DNA of 64,000 nucleotides from Sandaracinaceae bacterium (lineage in GTDB: Bacteria; Myxococcota_A; Polyangia; Polyangiales; Sandaracinaceae). Positions 37,780-48,339 of the stretch are shown one piece after another (within the stretch, counting starts at the first letter, position 1; every line of letters begins with the position of its first letter). A model generated the notes under the pieces. That model searched no databases and was not told the DNA's origin. It saw only the letters and a list, made by a program, of their open reading frames with translations. A program made the position numbers and the translations under genes. The stretch covers positions 1-64,000 of the forward strand of contig JBGAQA010000021.1 in the NCBI GenBank assembly GCA_044220955.1. The letters are read 5' to 3'.

Positions 37780-38748
37780 TCAGCGAGCCGGTGGCGGCGT
37801 GTCTTCGATCGCCCGGAGCATCTCGTCCAGATCGTGTTCGGGCGCTCCGTCGGAGCCGCGCCGGCCGAAGATGTCGGGGACGACCCGCTGGAGATCGTCG
37901 GGCGTCGTGCCGACCGGTCCGTGAAGGACGTCCTCGCGGGGCAGCGGGAGCTCCACCAGCCCGCGGCACAGGCCGCACTGCGCGTAGCTCTGATCGCAAG
38001 TGACCTGCTCCAGGCACTGCGCGCAGTCCGCCTCGCGCGCCGTGGAGCCTCGCCCTTCGAACGCGACCTGGGCGGCCTGCGCGACGCACGCGGCCTGGGC
38101 GGGCCCACCACACTCGGCCGCCTTCGCGCACGCCGCGACCATCGCGCGGCCCGCGTACAAAGAGGGTGCCGCCACGAGCGAGAGCGGCACGAGCGCGATC
38201 ATCGCCGCGGCGAGCGCGGGCCCGACACGCGCCACGATCGGCGCGGGCCGCCCGTGCTGGAGCGAGCCGATCCACAGCACCGACGAGATCGCGTCCACGA
38301 TCGGCACGCCGAGCACGCCGTACCAGAACGGCGGCCACGCGAGGGCCAGGCCGACGCATGCGGCCTGGAGGGCCAGGAACGCGAGCCCCACCCGAGTACG
38401 CCGCGCGTAGAAGCTGCCCCCGCCGACCGGGAGCCAGAGCGCCGCGAACACGGCGACGCGCCGGTTGCGGTCGGTGCGCGGGCGGTCCTCGGGTCGCTCG
38501 TCGATCGGCGGCGAAGCGGTGCGCAGCCCGTCGTAGATCTCGCGGGCCCGCTCGAGATCCTTCTTGGGGACACGAACGATGATGTCCACGTAGCCCCCGG
38601 CGATGCCGAGCATCGACCGGTGGGTGAGGCCCGGCGTCGACACCGCGATTCCTTCGGTCTCGAGCAGATCGCGCAGCGCGCCCGCCTCCACCGCGTCGGA
38701 CATCCGGGCCAGGATCTGCGTCTCGTCGTCTCGGGGATCGTCCGTCAT
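37780..38748 (-). CDS. DUF2007-like N-terminal domain, TM region and Cys-rich C-terminal region
   Basis: EAGALRDLLETEGI...IIVRVPKKDLERAREI; 3-4 TMs; C-terminal Cys cluster. Confidence 0.7.
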   Translation of the reverse strand: MTDDPRDDETQILARMSDAVEAGALRDLLETEGIAVSTPGLTHRSMLGIAGGYVDIIVRVPKKDLERAREIYDGLRTASPPIDERPEDRPRTDRNRRVAVFAALWLPVGGGSFYARRTRVGLAFLALQAACVGLALAWPPFWYGVLGVPIVDAISSVLWIGSLQHGRPAPIVARVGPALAAAMIALVPLSLVAAPSLYAGRAMVAACAKAAECGGPAQAACVAQAAQVAFEGRGSTAREADCAQCLEQVTCDQSYAQCGLCRGLVELPLPREDVLHGPVGTTPDDLQRVVPDIFGRRGSDGAPEHDLDEMLRAIEDTPPPAR

Positions 38749-39830
38749 CCGGGTCTCAGGTGCGAGAACGATCGCACGAAGTTGTCGCCGAGCACGCCTC
38801 GGATGCGCTGCTCGGTCCAGCGCCGCTCGAGCATGTACTCGACCAAGCGGTAGAACCCCACGCCGCCGTCGCGCAGATCCGCAGGCGGCACGATGAATCC
38901 GTCGTAGTCGCTGCCGAGCGCAGCGCACTGCTCGCCGCCCGCGTCGATGGCGGCCTCGACGTGATCGAGCACGGCCCGTCCGTCCCGCGTGCGGGCGCCG
39001 AGAAACGCGCCGTGGAAGATGATCGCGACGACGCCGCCCGTATCGGCGACGGCGCGGACCTGCCGGGCGTCGATGTTCCGCCACATGTCGTGGACCTGCG
39101 CGATCCCGGTGTGCGTGACGATGAGCGGCCTGTCGCGGTCGTGCACCTCGACGGCGTCCCAGAACGTGCGCGGGCTCGCGTGGGCGAGGTCGACGAAGAT
39201 GCGCTCCGCGTCCAGCCAGCGAACGAAGTCCCGGCCGCGAGCGGTCAGTCCCGTGTCCGCGCGTCCGCGTGCCGGGCTCGAGGTCGCGCCGAAGACCGAG
39301 CTCGAGAGGTGCACGACGGTGATCCGGGTGATGAGCCCGCCCGGGTTCTCGAACGCGCGGCTCTCGAGCGCGTTGCCGCCTTGCACCGCCAAGAGCGCTG
39401 CGTGCTTGCCGGCCCTCCGCGCGGCCGCGTACTCGGCGTGGGTTCGAACGACCGCCACGTCGGGACTCGCCTCGAGCGTGGCGCGCAGCGCGGCGACGTT
39501 CTGCGCGAACACCTCGGTCCGACGCGCCGCGCGCCGAGCGATGTTCGTCGAGATCGACCACATCGCCCCCGTCAGCCCACCTCCGAGGGCGCGAGGGAGA
39601 TCGAGGTGTCCGAAGAGGTGCCCGAGGAACGGGAAGCGGTAGGAGTGACGGCGGTGCAGATCGTAGTGATAGAGGCGCGCCGGGATGAACGACTCGACGT
39701 GCAGATCGACGATCTCCGAGCTCCACGCGAGCTCGATCGCCTCGCGGGAGACGCCGACCTCGCGGGCGACCTCGGACGCCGGGCGCCCGAGCGACCTCTC
39801 GGCCAGCGAGGCGGCGCGTCCAGACGTCAA
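38745..39830 (-). CDS. Membrane dipeptidase (peptidase M19) family protein
   Basis: VDLH, GLTARG, VDLAHAS, VTHTG, RNI, LGSDYDG, LGDNF; TTG start inferred from TTGA coupling. Confidence 0.85.
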   Translation of the reverse strand: MTSGRAASLAERSLGRPASEVAREVGVSREAIELAWSSEIVDLHVESFIPARLYHYDLHRRHSYRFPFLGHLFGHLDLPRALGGGLTGAMWSISTNIARRAARRTEVFAQNVAALRATLEASPDVAVVRTHAEYAAARRAGKHAALLAVQGGNALESRAFENPGGLITRITVVHLSSSVFGATSSPARGRADTGLTARGRDFVRWLDAERIFVDLAHASPRTFWDAVEVHDRDRPLIVTHTGIAQVHDMWRNIDARQVRAVADTGGVVAIIFHGAFLGARTRDGRAVLDHVEAAIDAGGEQCAALGSDYDGFIVPPADLRDGGVGFYRLVEYMLERRWTEQRIRGVLGDNFVRSFSHLRPG

Positions 39831-40402
39831 CGCGAGACGCCGAACTGCACCCGGTGGCCCGACAGCTCGTCGAGGTCGGCGACGAAGCGATCGCCCACGT
39901 GCCGCGCCGGGTACATCTGCCAGCGCGTCTGTGTCGCGCTGACGAAGTGCTCGCGCTGCGAGCCCTCTTCCTCCACGGCGAGCGCGAGATCGCTCTCCGG
40001 GTAACCTTCCGGGATCCGCGTGAAGGGCACGCTGTAGTGGATCGAGCGGGTGAGGGTCGGGGTGAGGGCGGGGGAGATCTCGACGAGCGGCCCGAGCGGC
40101 GTCTGGTACTCGGCGGTGTCGAAGACGTGCGCCCCCTCCGCCACGCGCATCGTGAGCTCCACCTCGTCGCTCATCGCGTTCGCGTCGATCTCGAGGCGCG
40201 CGCCGTTGGCCAGCTCCAGCGTGCCGCCCATCCGCCCGACGCGGGCCGACACGCTGCTGTCCCCGCGGGCGTGCGCCGCGCTCGGAGGAGGAGGTGGCGG
40301 CGGTGGCGTATCCGTCTCGGCGGTCGTGGTGTGCGCCTGGGACGTCCCGCCTCCACATGCTGCGAGCGCGAGCACCAGGACGGTGACTGCTCGGATCTGC
40401 AT
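39827..40402 (-). CDS. Lipoprotein with ZU5-like beta-sandwich
   Basis: LAAC lipobox; VG..GGTL....GARLEI..NA....GPLVEISP pattern. Confidence 0.7.
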   Translation of the reverse strand: MQIRAVTVLVLALAACGGGTSQAHTTTAETDTPPPPPPPPSAAHARGDSSVSARVGRMGGTLELANGARLEIDANAMSDEVELTMRVAEGAHVFDTAEYQTPLGPLVEISPALTPTLTRSIHYSVPFTRIPEGYPESDLALAVEEEGSQREHFVSATQTRWQMYPARHVGDRFVADLDELSGHRVQFGVSR

Positions 40403-40453
40403 CGGTCTACCCTCCCGAGCGGGAGCTTACCATTCGCGCCGACGATCGCTCGT

Positions 40454-40984
40454 ATGTCGTTGACCATGACGCATGCGGTTTGGCAGGCTCGGCCCGTGGT
40501 CGACGCACGCTCCGTCCTGGCAGGGGCCCTCGCGCTGGGGCTCGTCGTCGCCCCGTGCGGCTGCGGGACCGTCGAGCTGGGCGAGAACATCGTCCAGCCG
40601 AACACGCAGCTCAGCGAGGACTACTTCTATTGCTTCATCCAGCCGGACGTCATCCAGGGCGCGAGCTGCGCGACCGGGACCGCCGGCGACACGGGCGGCT
40701 GCCACCAGACGCAGTCCTCCCTGCGGCTGATCGACACGGCGGCGGCCACGCGTCCATCGTGCACCGGCAGCTCCGACATGGCGTCGAGCGTGCGCCTGGC
40801 CCCGGGCGCCGTGGTGCCGCCCGAGTACATCGACAACTTCCAGCGGGTGCAGTTCACGCTCGGGCCCGACGCCGAGTCGAGCCCCTTCTATCGCCGGCCG
40901 ACGATGATGGACTCGCATCCCCGCGTCGCCGTGGACGGCCCGCAGACACAGCTGATCCTGAACTGGTTCGGGAGCGCGCTTTGA
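40454..40984 (+). CDS. Putative lipoprotein with atypical heme-c-like motif CX10CH
   Basis: Hydrophobic leader ending CGC; FYCFIQP.V....CATGTAGDTGGCHQ; C-terminal S....RP.....HP........LILNW. Confidence 0.6.
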   Translation: MSLTMTHAVWQARPVVDARSVLAGALALGLVVAPCGCGTVELGENIVQPNTQLSEDYFYCFIQPDVIQGASCATGTAGDTGGCHQTQSSLRLIDTAAATRPSCTGSSDMASSVRLAPGAVVPPEYIDNFQRVQFTLGPDAESSPFYRRPTMMDSHPRVAVDGPQTQLILNWFGSAL

Positions 40985-41808
40985 CGCGCGCCGCGCTGGT
41001 CCTGGCCCTGCTCTCGTGCGCCCTGCCCGCGCGCGCGCAGGACACCGCCAGCGCCCCCGACCCCAGCGCGTCCAGCGACTCCGCGACGACGGGCGGCGCC
41101 GCGGACGACGAGGCGCCGCGCGGCGTGTACGCGCGCGTCGTCGTCGACCGCGCGGAGCTGCACAGCGGTCCAGGCACCTCGTTCCGGCACGTGTACACGG
41201 CGAGCCGCGGCGACGTGTTCCTCATCGTCGAGCGCGGCGCGCGGGGCTACTGGTTCCGCGTCGAGCTGCCCGACGGAACCTTCGCGTGGGTGCAAGGGGA
41301 CGCGGTGTACACGCACGAGCTGTCCGACGAGGAGGCGCACGCGGGCCAGTTCGCGCCGGAGGTCTTCGCGCCGCCCCCGCTGCCGCAGGCGGTGGGCGAG
41401 ATCGCGTTCAACTTCGGGGCGCTCGGTCTGGTCAACGGCTTCATGTCGATCCGTCCGGCGTTCTACCTGGCGCCCGAGTTCGGGATCGAGATCACCGCGG
41501 CGGCCGCCGTCGGCGACCGCGGTCGGTTGCTCATCGGCACCGCCGGCGGGATCGTCAACGTGTTCCCGCGCTCGGTGGTGATCCCTTTCTTCGCGCTCGG
41601 CGGGGGCGTCGCCTACGGCGATCCGAACGCGGACGCGTTCCTGGTTCGCTCGGGCGCGACCGGTGCCCTCTACGGCGGGGGCGGCCTGCGCTTCGCGTTC
41701 CGCTATCGGATCACCATCCGCCTCGAAGCGCGTCTCTGGGCGTTCTTCGATCAGAACCGCTACGTCGCGCAGGAGGAGTACTCGGGTGGCCTCACCGTCT
41801 TCTTCTGA
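40981..41808 (+). CDS. SH3b-like domain plus outer-membrane beta-barrel
   Basis: TTGA coupling; signal ARA|Q; LHSGPG..F......GD.......GYWFRVELPDG..AWV; barrel ending GLTVFF. Confidence 0.75.
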   Translation: MTRAALVLALLSCALPARAQDTASAPDPSASSDSATTGGAADDEAPRGVYARVVVDRAELHSGPGTSFRHVYTASRGDVFLIVERGARGYWFRVELPDGTFAWVQGDAVYTHELSDEEAHAGQFAPEVFAPPPLPQAVGEIAFNFGALGLVNGFMSIRPAFYLAPEFGIEITAAAAVGDRGRLLIGTAGGIVNVFPRSVVIPFFALGGGVAYGDPNADAFLVRSGATGALYGGGGLRFAFRYRITIRLEARLWAFFDQNRYVAQEEYSGGLTVFF

Positions 41809-42031
41809 GCGCCTCGCGCGTACGCTGGCAGGCGCGCTCGCCGTCTGCTTGGCGCTCGGCGCCGCCGGGTGCGTGACCGTGCGCCCCGAGCAGCGCGAGT
41901 TCCTCGCCGATCCGGCCATGACGTTCGGCTCGGGCGGGCAGGCGGAGGCCGACCTCGATCACGTGCTCGAGAACCGCGAAGGCTCGGCGGGCGCCGCGAC
42001 GGTCAACGGAGGCGGCTGCGGGTGCAACTGA
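41786..42031 (+). CDS. DUF4266 family small lipoprotein
   Basis: SD AGGAGG 8 nt before GTG; AAGC lipobox; VRPEQREFLADPAM...H....REG.......GGGCGCN. Confidence 0.85.
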   Translation: MASPSSSERLARTLAGALAVCLALGAAGCVTVRPEQREFLADPAMTFGSGGQAEADLDHVLENREGSAGAATVNGGGCGCN

Positions 42032-42063
42032 CGACTCGAGGGCCCGGCGCGAGCGCGCGTCGA

Positions 42064-43305
42064 GTGGGCGGACGGAGGGGCGGCCCGGGCGGGGCCGAGC
42101 CCCCGAGGGGCTGGCTCGTGCTCCTCGCCTGCGCGGCGCTGCTCGCCGTGACCGGCGAGGTGCGCGCGGACGTCGGTGGTCAGCTGAACGCCGGCGCGAC
42201 GCTCTTCCACGAGGGCTTCGGCGGCCCGCTCGAGATGAACGTCGTCACGCCGAGCGTCAACGGCCGGATCGAGCCGATCGACGAGCTCGCGTTGCGGGTC
42301 GGCTGGCAGGCGGACGTGGTGAGCGGAGCCTCGGTCGCGGTCGTCGACGCGCCCTCCCCGCAGCCCGACGTGGTCAGCACCGCGACGAGGCTCAGCGACT
42401 TCCGCAACACCTTCTCGGGCGGCGCCGAGATCCGGAGCGACTTCGGCTCGATCCGCGCCGGCTACTCGTACGGCTTCGAGAACGACTACCGCAGCCACGG
42501 CCTGCAGATCGGTGCGCGCGCGGAGGCGTTCGAGCGAACGATGCTCTTCGATCTGAGCTACGCGCGCGGGTGGGACTCGATCTGCGACGCGAACCAGGGC
42601 CGCGCGCAGGATCCGGTGGAGCGGCGGCGCCTCTCGTCGTCGACGGGGTGCTTCACCACGGAGATGAACTTCGCGGCCCACGACGTCTCGATCCAGACCT
42701 TCCAGGGCAGCTGGACCCAGCTCTGGGCCCCGGTGTTCTCGACCCAGCTCACGATCTCGGCCCAGCTCGTCGACGGGTTCCAGAGCAACCCCTACCGCGG
42801 CGTCTGGCTCGGCCGCGCGGCCGCGCAAGAACATCACCCGAACCATCGCGCCCGCTACGCGGCCGCCCTCGGCGCGCGCCTCTGGCTCCAGCCGCTCTCC
42901 GGAGCCCTTCAGGCCACCGCCCGCGTCTACCGCGATACGTGGGACATCGACTCGATCTCGGCCGAGCTGGCCTACGAGCAGGTGATCGAGGGGATGCTGC
43001 GCATCCGCGTCCACGGCCGCTACTACACGCAGACGCGCGCGGCGTTCTACTCCGACGACTACGCGCTGCGCCCGCGGGGACAGTACTTCACGGGAGACCG
43101 CGAGCTCTCGGCGATGTCCTCCGTGCTGGTCGGCGGCTCGATCGCGTACTCGGCGACGAACCTGGGCGAGCCGCTGAGCGAGTTCGACGTCGCGCTGCGC
43201 GCGGACTGGGTGCACGGCGAGTACCCGGACTTCCACTACGGTCTCGCGGCGGTGCCCAACCGCGACTCCGTCGTCGTCTCCCTCGCCGTCGAGCTGCATT
43301 TCTGA
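42064..43305 (+). CDS. DUF3570 family outer-membrane beta-barrel
   Basis: ADVVSGAS, ENDYRS, G.QSNPYR, RVYRDTWDIDS, RYYTQTRAAFY, DRELS; C-terminal Phe. Start uncertain (42064 or 42118). Confidence 0.82.
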   Translation: MGGRRGGPGGAEPPRGWLVLLACAALLAVTGEVRADVGGQLNAGATLFHEGFGGPLEMNVVTPSVNGRIEPIDELALRVGWQADVVSGASVAVVDAPSPQPDVVSTATRLSDFRNTFSGGAEIRSDFGSIRAGYSYGFENDYRSHGLQIGARAEAFERTMLFDLSYARGWDSICDANQGRAQDPVERRRLSSSTGCFTTEMNFAAHDVSIQTFQGSWTQLWAPVFSTQLTISAQLVDGFQSNPYRGVWLGRAAAQEHHPNHRARYAAALGARLWLQPLSGALQATARVYRDTWDIDSISAELAYEQVIEGMLRIRVHGRYYTQTRAAFYSDDYALRPRGQYFTGDRELSAMSSVLVGGSIAYSATNLGEPLSEFDVALRADWVHGEYPDFHYGLAAVPNRDSVVVSLAVELHF

Positions 43306-43366
43306 CCGGGGTGCCGCCCGGCCGGTTGGCGACCAGGGGGTGGCGCGGGTATACGGCTTCTCGCTC

Positions 43367-44374
43367 ATGCCGACCCGACGCTCCCACCGCCTGTTCGCGC
43401 TCGTGCTGGTCGCAGCCGCCTGCGGGATCGCGCTGAACGCGTGCAACCGCCGCGGTGCGACGCTCGACCCGCGCCCCGGCGACCCGGCAGGCCTGGGACC
43501 CACCGTGCAGAGCGCGACCCCGCCCGAGGCGGAGCAGACGGCGCCCACGAAGCGGCCACCGACCGGCACGACCTGTGGCGGACGCGACGACTGCCCGAGC
43601 GATCAGGTCTGCGTCGACGGCACGTGCCGCTACCGGGAGACGAGCGTCGCCGGCGAGATCCTCGCGTCCAGCGCCGATGCCCTGGTCGAGGCCGGTGACT
43701 GGGCCGGCGCCATCCGCAGCTACGACGACGCCATCCAGGCGTACAACGAGGCCCACGCCCCCGTGCCCGCCGAGCTGCTCTGCGAGTCGGCCTCGATCCT
43801 GCTCAGCACCTCGACCGACGCCGAAGGACGCGAGCGCGGCGCGCGGCGCGCCGATCAGTGCTTCCGAAGCTCTCTGCCTGGCTATCCCGCGCGAGAGGAC
43901 GTGCGACGGGCGGTGGCGCGCCTCCGCTTCGAGGGCCTGGACGTCGCGCTCTTCGACCGGAGCGAGCCGGCGGAGCGCTTCTTCACGGGCGACGTGACAC
44001 GCCCCACCATCGACGCCCTCGCGATCGACGTCGAGGTCCCCGAGTCGGACGACGCCAGCCTCACGCCGCTCCGCACGGCGCTCGCCACCGACGCCGCTCA
44101 CCGCGCGATCGCCGAGTGCTTCGTGCAGGACTGGGAGGTCCGGCACGAGCGCGAGGCGCGCGCCTCGCTGGTCGTGCGGTTCGCCACGCACCTGCGCGAC
44201 ATGGGGACCTACGACGTCTACGAGCCGGAGCTGACCATCGAGCCGACGACGGTCTCGCAGGACGGGTTCGAGCCCTGCGTCGCCGGTGCGCTCCAGTCGA
44301 GCATCACCTTCCCGCGCGGCGCGCGGACCGTCGCGTGGCAGACCACGGTCGACGTGGCCGCGCGCATCCAGTGA
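43367..44374 (+). CDS. Lipoprotein: Cys-knot motif, TPR-like helices and AgmX/PglI-like C-terminal domain
   Basis: LNAC lipobox; CGGRDDCPSDQVCVDGTC; IAECF...CV..AL.S.I.FP. Confidence 0.7.
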   Translation: MPTRRSHRLFALVLVAAACGIALNACNRRGATLDPRPGDPAGLGPTVQSATPPEAEQTAPTKRPPTGTTCGGRDDCPSDQVCVDGTCRYRETSVAGEILASSADALVEAGDWAGAIRSYDDAIQAYNEAHAPVPAELLCESASILLSTSTDAEGRERGARRADQCFRSSLPGYPAREDVRRAVARLRFEGLDVALFDRSEPAERFFTGDVTRPTIDALAIDVEVPESDDASLTPLRTALATDAAHRAIAECFVQDWEVRHEREARASLVVRFATHLRDMGTYDVYEPELTIEPTTVSQDGFEPCVAGALQSSITFPRGARTVAWQTTVDVAARIQ

Positions 44375-44395
44375 TCGCCGGCTGAGGACACGCGC

Positions 44396-45186
<791 letters not shown>

Positions 45187-45190
<4 letters not shown>

Positions 45191-46254
45191 CCGACTCGAT
45201 CCTTCCGCACGCGTGGGCCGTCGTCATGGCGGGTGGCGCCGGCACGCGCTTCTGGCCGCTCTCGCGCAAGGCGCGGCCCAAGCAGCTCTTGCCGCTCGCG
45301 ACCGAGCGCTCGTTGGTCGCGGACACCGTCGAGCGAATCGCGGCGCTGATCCCGGGCGAGCGCGTGATCGTCGTGACCGCCGCGCACCTCGTCGAGGCCA
45401 CGCGCGCGGAGCTGCCGGGCGTGCCGCCCGAGAACTTCCTGGCCGAGCCCGTCCCGCGCAACACGGCGCCCTGCGTCGGGTGGGCGGCGGCGACGGTGCG
45501 CGCGCGCGATCCGAACGCGATCCTCGCGGTGCTCGCCGCCGATCACTTCGTGGCGGACGTCCCCGAGTACCAGAGGATCGTGCGCGCGGCGCTGACGATC
45601 GCTCGTGACGGATCGCTGGTGACGCTGGGGATGCGCCCGAGCCGCGCCGAGACGGGCTACGGCTACCTCCGCGTCGGCAAGAAGCTCGACGACGGCAGTC
45701 ATCGCGTGGACGCGTTCGTGGAGAAGCCCGACCTCAAGACGGCGCGCCGCTTCGTGAAGAGCCCGAAGTACCTCTGGAACTCCGGCCAGTTCTTCTTCAC
45801 CGCGAGCGCCGTGCTCGACGAGATCGCGACGCATCTGCCGGCGCTCGCGAGCGGTCTCGCCGAGCTGGCCGACCCGGGCGCGGATCTGCCCGCGATCTTC
45901 GCGCAGCTTCCGTCGATCTCGATCGACCACGGCGTCATGGAGAACGCGGCTGGCGTCCGCGTGATCCCGGCGGACTTCGGCTGGTCCGACGTGGGCAGCT
46001 GGACGACGGCGTGGGAGCTCGGCGAGAAGGACACCGATCGTAACGCGACGAGCGGCGCCGACGCGGTGCTCGAGGACGCGAGCGGCAACTACGTCCGCGC
46101 CCCCGCAGGGAAGATCGTCGCCCTGATCGGGGTGAAGGATCTCGTGGTCGTCGACACGGGCGACGCGCTCCTCGTCGTCCCGCGCGATCGCGCACAGGAC
46201 GTCCGGCTCGCCGTGAACGCGCTCGCGCAGCGCCAGCCACCGAAGGGAATCTGA
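45187..46254 (+). CDS. manC: Mannose-1-phosphate guanylyltransferase (no cupin domain)
   Basis: MAGGAGTRFWPLSR..PKQ, EP.PRNTAP, ETGYGY, FVEKP, WNSG, SIDHGVME, WSDVGSW. Confidence 0.92.
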
Positions 46255-47624
46255 TGCGCATCGACAATCCGCACGTGTTCCGTGAGTACGACATCCGCGG
46301 CGTCGCCGACCGGGACCTCTCCGACGCGCTCGCCCACGCGCTCGGCCGCGCGCTCGGGACGACGTGGGCCCGGGCCGGCGCGCGGCGCGTGGCCGCCGGT
46401 CGCGACTGCCGCCTGAGCGGGGACCGCCTGCACGCGGCGCTCGTGCGCGGCATCGTGGAGTGCGGCCTCGAGGTCCTCGACATCGGGATGGGCCCCACCC
46501 CGCTGCTCTACTTCACGGTGTTCCACCGCGACCTCGACGGCGGCGTGCACGTCACCGGCTCGCACAACCCGCCGGCGGAGAACGGCTTCAAGATGATGGC
46601 CGGCAAGGGCACGCTCGCCGGCGACGAGATCGCGGCGCTGCGCCGCATGATCGAGGACGAGGACTTCGATCTCGCGGGCGGGGGGCGGATCGTTCCCTAC
46701 GATCCCAGCGGCGCCTACGTCGGCTTCGCGCGGGGCAACGTGCGGCTCGGGCGAAGAGATCTGCGCGTCGCCATCGACGCCGGGAGCGGCGCGGGCGGGC
46801 CGCTGGCGCTCGCGGCGATGCGGGCGATCGGCCTGGACCCGGTGGCGCTCTTGATCGAGCCGGACGGGCGGTTTCCGGTCCATCACCCCGACCCCTCGCA
46901 GCCCGAGAACCTGGAGCTGCTGGTCCAGACGGTCCGGGAGCACCGGCTCGACCTGGGAATCGCGTACGACGGCGACGCCGATCGGATCGGCGTCGTCGAC
47001 GCGCGCGGCGAGGTGCTCTACGGCGACAAGCTGCTCACGCTCTTCGCGCGCGACGTCCTGGCGCGCCGGCCGGGCGCGGCGATCCTGGGCGAGGTGAAGT
47101 GCTCGCAGACGCTCTACGACGACATCGCCCAGCACGGAGGACGCCCGATCCTGTGGAAGACGGGCCACTCGCTGATCAAGCGCAAGATGAAGGAGGAGCA
47201 CGCGCTGCTCGCCGGAGAGATGAGCGGCCACGTGTTCTTCGCGGACCGCTTCTACGGCTTCGACGACGCCATCTACGCCTCGCTCCGCCTCTGCGAGATC
47301 CTCGCTGCGGGTCAGACGCCGCTGCACGAGCTGCTCGCCGACCTGCCGACGACGTTCAGCACGCCGGAGCTGCGCGTGGACGCGAGCGACGCGACGAAGT
47401 TCGACGTCGTGGCGCTCGTGCGCGAGCACTACCGTCGCACGCACGAGGTGGTCGACGTCGACGGCGCGCGGGTGCGCTTCCCCGGCGGCTGGGGCCTCGT
47501 GCGCGCGTCCAACACGCAGCCGGTCCTCGTGCTGCGCTTCGAGGCGGACACTGCGGAGCGGCTCGCGCAGATCCGTGGCGACGTGGAGGCCACCGTCGCC
47601 CGGGCGACGAGCGCCCTCCGATGA
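46254..47624 (+). CDS. Phosphomannomutase/phosphoglucomutase (AlgC-like)
   Basis: FREYDIRG, TGSHNP, DGDADR, GEMSGH, RASNTQP. Confidence 0.94.
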   Translation: MRIDNPHVFREYDIRGVADRDLSDALAHALGRALGTTWARAGARRVAAGRDCRLSGDRLHAALVRGIVECGLEVLDIGMGPTPLLYFTVFHRDLDGGVHVTGSHNPPAENGFKMMAGKGTLAGDEIAALRRMIEDEDFDLAGGGRIVPYDPSGAYVGFARGNVRLGRRDLRVAIDAGSGAGGPLALAAMRAIGLDPVALLIEPDGRFPVHHPDPSQPENLELLVQTVREHRLDLGIAYDGDADRIGVVDARGEVLYGDKLLTLFARDVLARRPGAAILGEVKCSQTLYDDIAQHGGRPILWKTGHSLIKRKMKEEHALLAGEMSGHVFFADRFYGFDDAIYASLRLCEILAAGQTPLHELLADLPTTFSTPELRVDASDATKFDVVALVREHYRRTHEVVDVDGARVRFPGGWGLVRASNTQPVLVLRFEADTAERLAQIRGDVEATVARATSALR

Positions 47625-47637
47625 AGTAAGGAGCGAG

Positions 47638-48303
47638 ATGTCCCTGCGCACCCTCGGGCTCGACGACCGCCTACAAGCCTACCTGCTCGATCACACGCTC
47701 CGGGAGCACGAGGCCCTGCGCGAGCTACGCGAGGAGACGGCGCGCATGCCGGAGGCGCGCATGCAGATCTCGCCGGAGCAGGGGCAGTTCATGCAGCTCC
47801 TCGTCGAGATCGTCGGAGCGCGGCGGATCCTCGAGGTCGGGACCTTCACCGGCTACAGCTCGACCGCGATGGCGCTGGCGATGCCCGCCGACGGGCGGAT
47901 CGTCTGCTGCGACGTGAGCGAGAAGTTCACCTCGATCGCCCGCCGCGCGTGGACGCGCGCCGGCGTCAGCGCGAAGATCGACCTGCGCATCGCGCCGGCC
48001 CTGGAGACGATGGACGCCCTCTCGGCGGGCGGGGCCGCCGGCAGCTTCGACATGGCGTTCATCGACGCCGACAAGGAGAGCTACGAGGCATACTACGAGC
48101 GATCGCTCACGCTGCTCCGCGTGGGAGGCCTCGTGATGGTCGACAACGTCCTCTGGAGCGGCCGCGTGGCCGACCCCGGGGTCGACGATGCCGACACGCG
48201 CGCCATCCGCGCGCTGAACGGGAAGATCCGCACGGACCCCCGCGTAACCCAGGCGATGTTGCCCATCGCCGATGGGCTGACCCTTGCCCGCAAGCGAGGG
48301 TGA
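47638..48303 (+). CDS. Class I SAM-dependent O-methyltransferase (CCoAOMT/Methyltransf_3 family)
   Basis: MQISPEQGQF, LEVGTFTGYS, FIDADK, DNVLWSG, DGLTL. Confidence 0.92.
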   Translation: MSLRTLGLDDRLQAYLLDHTLREHEALRELREETARMPEARMQISPEQGQFMQLLVEIVGARRILEVGTFTGYSSTAMALAMPADGRIVCCDVSEKFTSIARRAWTRAGVSAKIDLRIAPALETMDALSAGGAAGSFDMAFIDADKESYEAYYERSLTLLRVGGLVMVDNVLWSGRVADPGVDDADTRAIRALNGKIRTDPRVTQAMLPIADGLTLARKRG

Positions 48304-48339
48304 GGTCACCATCGCGCAGGAATCGAGGGGTTCTCGGAC

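Noticed and set aside
37418..37924. Acidic repeat ORF (EEGCAQ/EEARCT)
   Set aside because: Alternative frame of the Lys-rich gene, which has the SD and promoter
42011..42060. Selenocysteine readthrough at the DUF4266 TGA
   Set aside because: TGA follows the family's normal GCGCN terminus and is not at a Cys position
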